A stretch of DNA of 64,000 nt from a virus, in the IMG/VR virus record IMGVR_UViG_3300047510_002509; one strand, written 5' to 3'. The stretch's first letter is position 1; the number at the start of each line of letters is the position of its first letter. Positions 62,037 to 64,000 of this stretch are shown in pieces. The position numbers and the translations under genes are program-made. The notes below the pieces were generated by a model. That model was not told the DNA's origin. It made no database searches and saw only the letters and a list, made by a program, of their open reading frames with translations.

Positions 62037-62693
62037 ATGGTCCCGCATTACAACATTGTGATTGCAACTCCTGCTGGAAGTTTCAAACCAGATTATGTAA
62101 AGAGTTTGGTCGAGACAACCAAGTGGATGAATAAAAAAGGCTACTCATATCACTTCGTATCGCAGTACTCATCCTTTGTTCCAAACGCTAGGGAAAATAC
62201 CGCTACAGATTCTGCAGGGGCAGACTGGGATGCGGTGGACTTTGGCGGTGGCTCATTTACCTGCGAAAAGGTCGTATGGATAGATTCAGACATCTCTTGG
62301 TCAGTCGAAGCTTTTGAGACCCTGATTCAAGGCGATAAAGACATTGTTTCGGGGATGTATGCGGTGGGGAGAGATGGTCGGATTGCCGCTATGCGTTTAG
62401 GGGAAAGTGGAGCGCCTATGTCTTTAAATGCCATGGATTTCCTAGTTGAGGGAGAGCCTGTGCTAGTTGATGGGGTTGGCTTCGGGTTTGTGGCTATCAA
62501 GGCTGAGGTCTTTAGAAAGATGCCTAGACCTTGGTTCAAAATCCGAGAGGTTGGGATTGAAGGGGCAGACTTTCCTGTCATGTTAGGGGAAGACTACTCT
62601 TGGTGTGTGGGGGCAAAAGAGGCTGGATTTAGAATTTGGCTGCACCCTTTGGTGAGGGTTGAACACCATAAATCTGCAATTTTTACTGTTTAA
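62037..62693 (+). CDS. GT-A fold glycosyltransferase-like protein
   Basis: WIDSDI (DxD), GFGFVAI, GEDYSWC; leaderless TAGAGT-6 nt-ATG. Confidence 0.75.
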   Translation: MVPHYNIVIATPAGSFKPDYVKSLVETTKWMNKKGYSYHFVSQYSSFVPNARENTATDSAGADWDAVDFGGGSFTCEKVVWIDSDISWSVEAFETLIQGDKDIVSGMYAVGRDGRIAAMRLGESGAPMSLNAMDFLVEGEPVLVDGVGFGFVAIKAEVFRKMPRPWFKIREVGIEGADFPVMLGEDYSWCVGAKEAGFRIWLHPLVRVEHHKSAIFTV

Positions 62694-62699
62694 AGACCT

Positions 62700-63060
62700 T
62701 CCTGCACTTTAGAACGAAACTAGTGTATAGTGTTAGGTGTATATTCTTACTATGCCGAAAAATAAAAAAACTTAGAAAAAAACTTGATAGTACTGTTTTT
62801 TGCAGGAAAATCGCTACTATCATGGAAAATTCAAAAACTTTTTAAAAATCTTGATAGTAAGAATAAAAACTATACTTAATATTTTAATATTCAACCTATT
62901 TCCTATACGTGTATGAAAAAAACATTCCACCCCCCAAGAAAATGGGTTGAGAATTAGAATATTAAGAACTAGTGTATAGTCTTTAGTGTATAGTGTATAC
63001 TCTTAGAAAAGATCAAAAAGAGGGAGATTAGGTTGACAAGTTCTCTAGTGTTAGGTAATA
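62700..63060. promoter_or_regulatory. AT-rich non-coding region with repeated TAGTGTATA elements and a promoter
   Basis: TAGTGTATA at 62721, 62970, 62984 and 62991; CTTGATAGTA twice; TTGACA at 63033. Confidence 0.55.
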
Positions 63061-63068
63061 ATACTTTT

Positions 63069-63260
63069 ATGAATGACAAAATGACAGTGACTCCTGAGAG
63101 AGTCAAATATGTGATTGCTGGTCGTTTGATGAAAGATTGGTTTCCAACAAGGATTCCAGTTGATGCAGACGAGTGGTTAAAAATAGCAACTAGAGATGCT
63201 GAGTCTGTGGTTGATGAATTAATGGCTCATGGACTTTTGAAAGTTGAAGGTGCCAAATGA
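63069..63260 (+). CDS. Hypothetical protein
   Basis: ATG 63069 downstream of TTGACA (63033); the ORF-track start lies inside the -35 box. Confidence 0.65.
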   Translation: MNDKMTVTPERVKYVIAGRLMKDWFPTRIPVDADEWLKIATRDAESVVDELMAHGLLKVEGAK

Positions 63261-63487
63261 GTTGGGAACAAGTAGCAGTTCTTGCTTTAGTTAATTTTCT
63301 AAGTGTGTTCATGGCGATGTTTATTATTTCTGCCATAAACGCATACAGAGAAGCACGACGAAAGAATGAGTTTCTAGAAACTATGTTTGGGAACTTAATT
63401 CAAAAAGCTGAAACAGATGTCCAGTTCAGGAACATCATGGGCTGGAACTTTATGAGAGACGAAAGAGACAACAATGACGGACGCTAG
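63257..63487 (+). CDS. Single-TM membrane protein
   Basis: N-terminal hydrophobic helix; ATGA overlap. Confidence 0.65.
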   Translation: MSWEQVAVLALVNFLSVFMAMFIISAINAYREARRKNEFLETMFGNLIQKAETDVQFRNIMGWNFMRDERDNNDGR

Positions 63488-63953
63488 AAACGCACTAGCC
63501 CTACTGGGTATAAGTGCCGAAGAAGCAGTCGAGACAGATGAAAAGCTGACTCGCAAACCAAGTCGTGACAAACGGATTTGCCTTTGTGGTCACGCAGTAA
63601 ACAAACACTCGACTGATGCAGGTCTTGTGATATGTGTACCAAGCCGATACAACTGCCCATGTAAAAATATTCGAGCAGTTGTACAAGCTGAAGACACCAG
63701 ACTGTTCTTGAGAAAGACCAGTGGTCCTGGAGCAGAACACGCTCTAACTCGTGGACTAGCCGCTTCCTTTAGTGCAGACAAAGGGGTCGAATGGATAGAA
63801 ACTCCTAAGTGTGACAAATGTGGGATTGAAGCAACTCCAGCAGGTGACGTGAGAATTAGTCCTGTTGCTGTCACTGAATATAAAACAGTTTCTAATGAAG
63901 CCACTGGATACGATGCTCTTCTATGTGATACTTGCCTTGAGGAGATACGATGA
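63474..63953 (+). CDS. Cys-rich Zn-binding hypothetical protein
   Basis: CLCGH, CPC, CDKC, CDTC. Confidence 0.7.
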   Translation: MTDARNALALLGISAEEAVETDEKLTRKPSRDKRICLCGHAVNKHSTDAGLVICVPSRYNCPCKNIRAVVQAEDTRLFLRKTSGPGAEHALTRGLAASFSADKGVEWIETPKCDKCGIEATPAGDVRISPVAVTEYKTVSNEATGYDALLCDTCLEEIR

Positions 63954-64000
63954 AAGAAGACATTAGAAGAGTTCTTCTGAACTATGTGATAAACCAAAAA

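Overview
A 64-kb segment of a large lytic-type tailed phage genome, with no CRISPR array, IS element, rRNA or canonical tRNA seen. The host is inferred to be a low-GC actinobacterium, probably freshwater, from DUF3039, NrdH-type redoxin, FmdB, an actinobacterial-like ThyX and many leaderless TANNNT promoters. 1-23.6 kb (minus strand) is a virion fibre cluster: six collagen-like proteins, two giant Gly-rich/repeat proteins, a beta-propeller-like protein and a subtilisin-like protease. 23.7-34 kb holds a metallophosphoesterase, a primase-polymerase/SF3 helicase, a terminase large subunit and a large PA14 surface protein. 34-64 kb is an accessory region: serine recombinase, ThyX, Dam-type methylase, thermonuclease, five peptidoglycan hydrolases, PduO, glycan enzymes, an ABC-ATPase/GNAT fusion, SpeD, a flavin-dependent halogenase and a B12-dependent class II ribonucleotide reductase. 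Four observations stand out. (1) An unannotated ~310-nt structured RNA at about 37250-37565 (minus) whose 5' domain folds as a tRNA scaffold with large insertions. (2) A 22-bp motif (AACGGAANGGGAGCCCGGAAAA) in five co-oriented copies at gene starts and promoters around that RNA. (3) A putative B12 capture and adenosylation module that could feed the phage's own AdoCbl-dependent RNR. (4) A virion protein split across two giant genes, with a compact intact paralog 35 kb away. All family calls come from motif recognition by eye; no database search was run.
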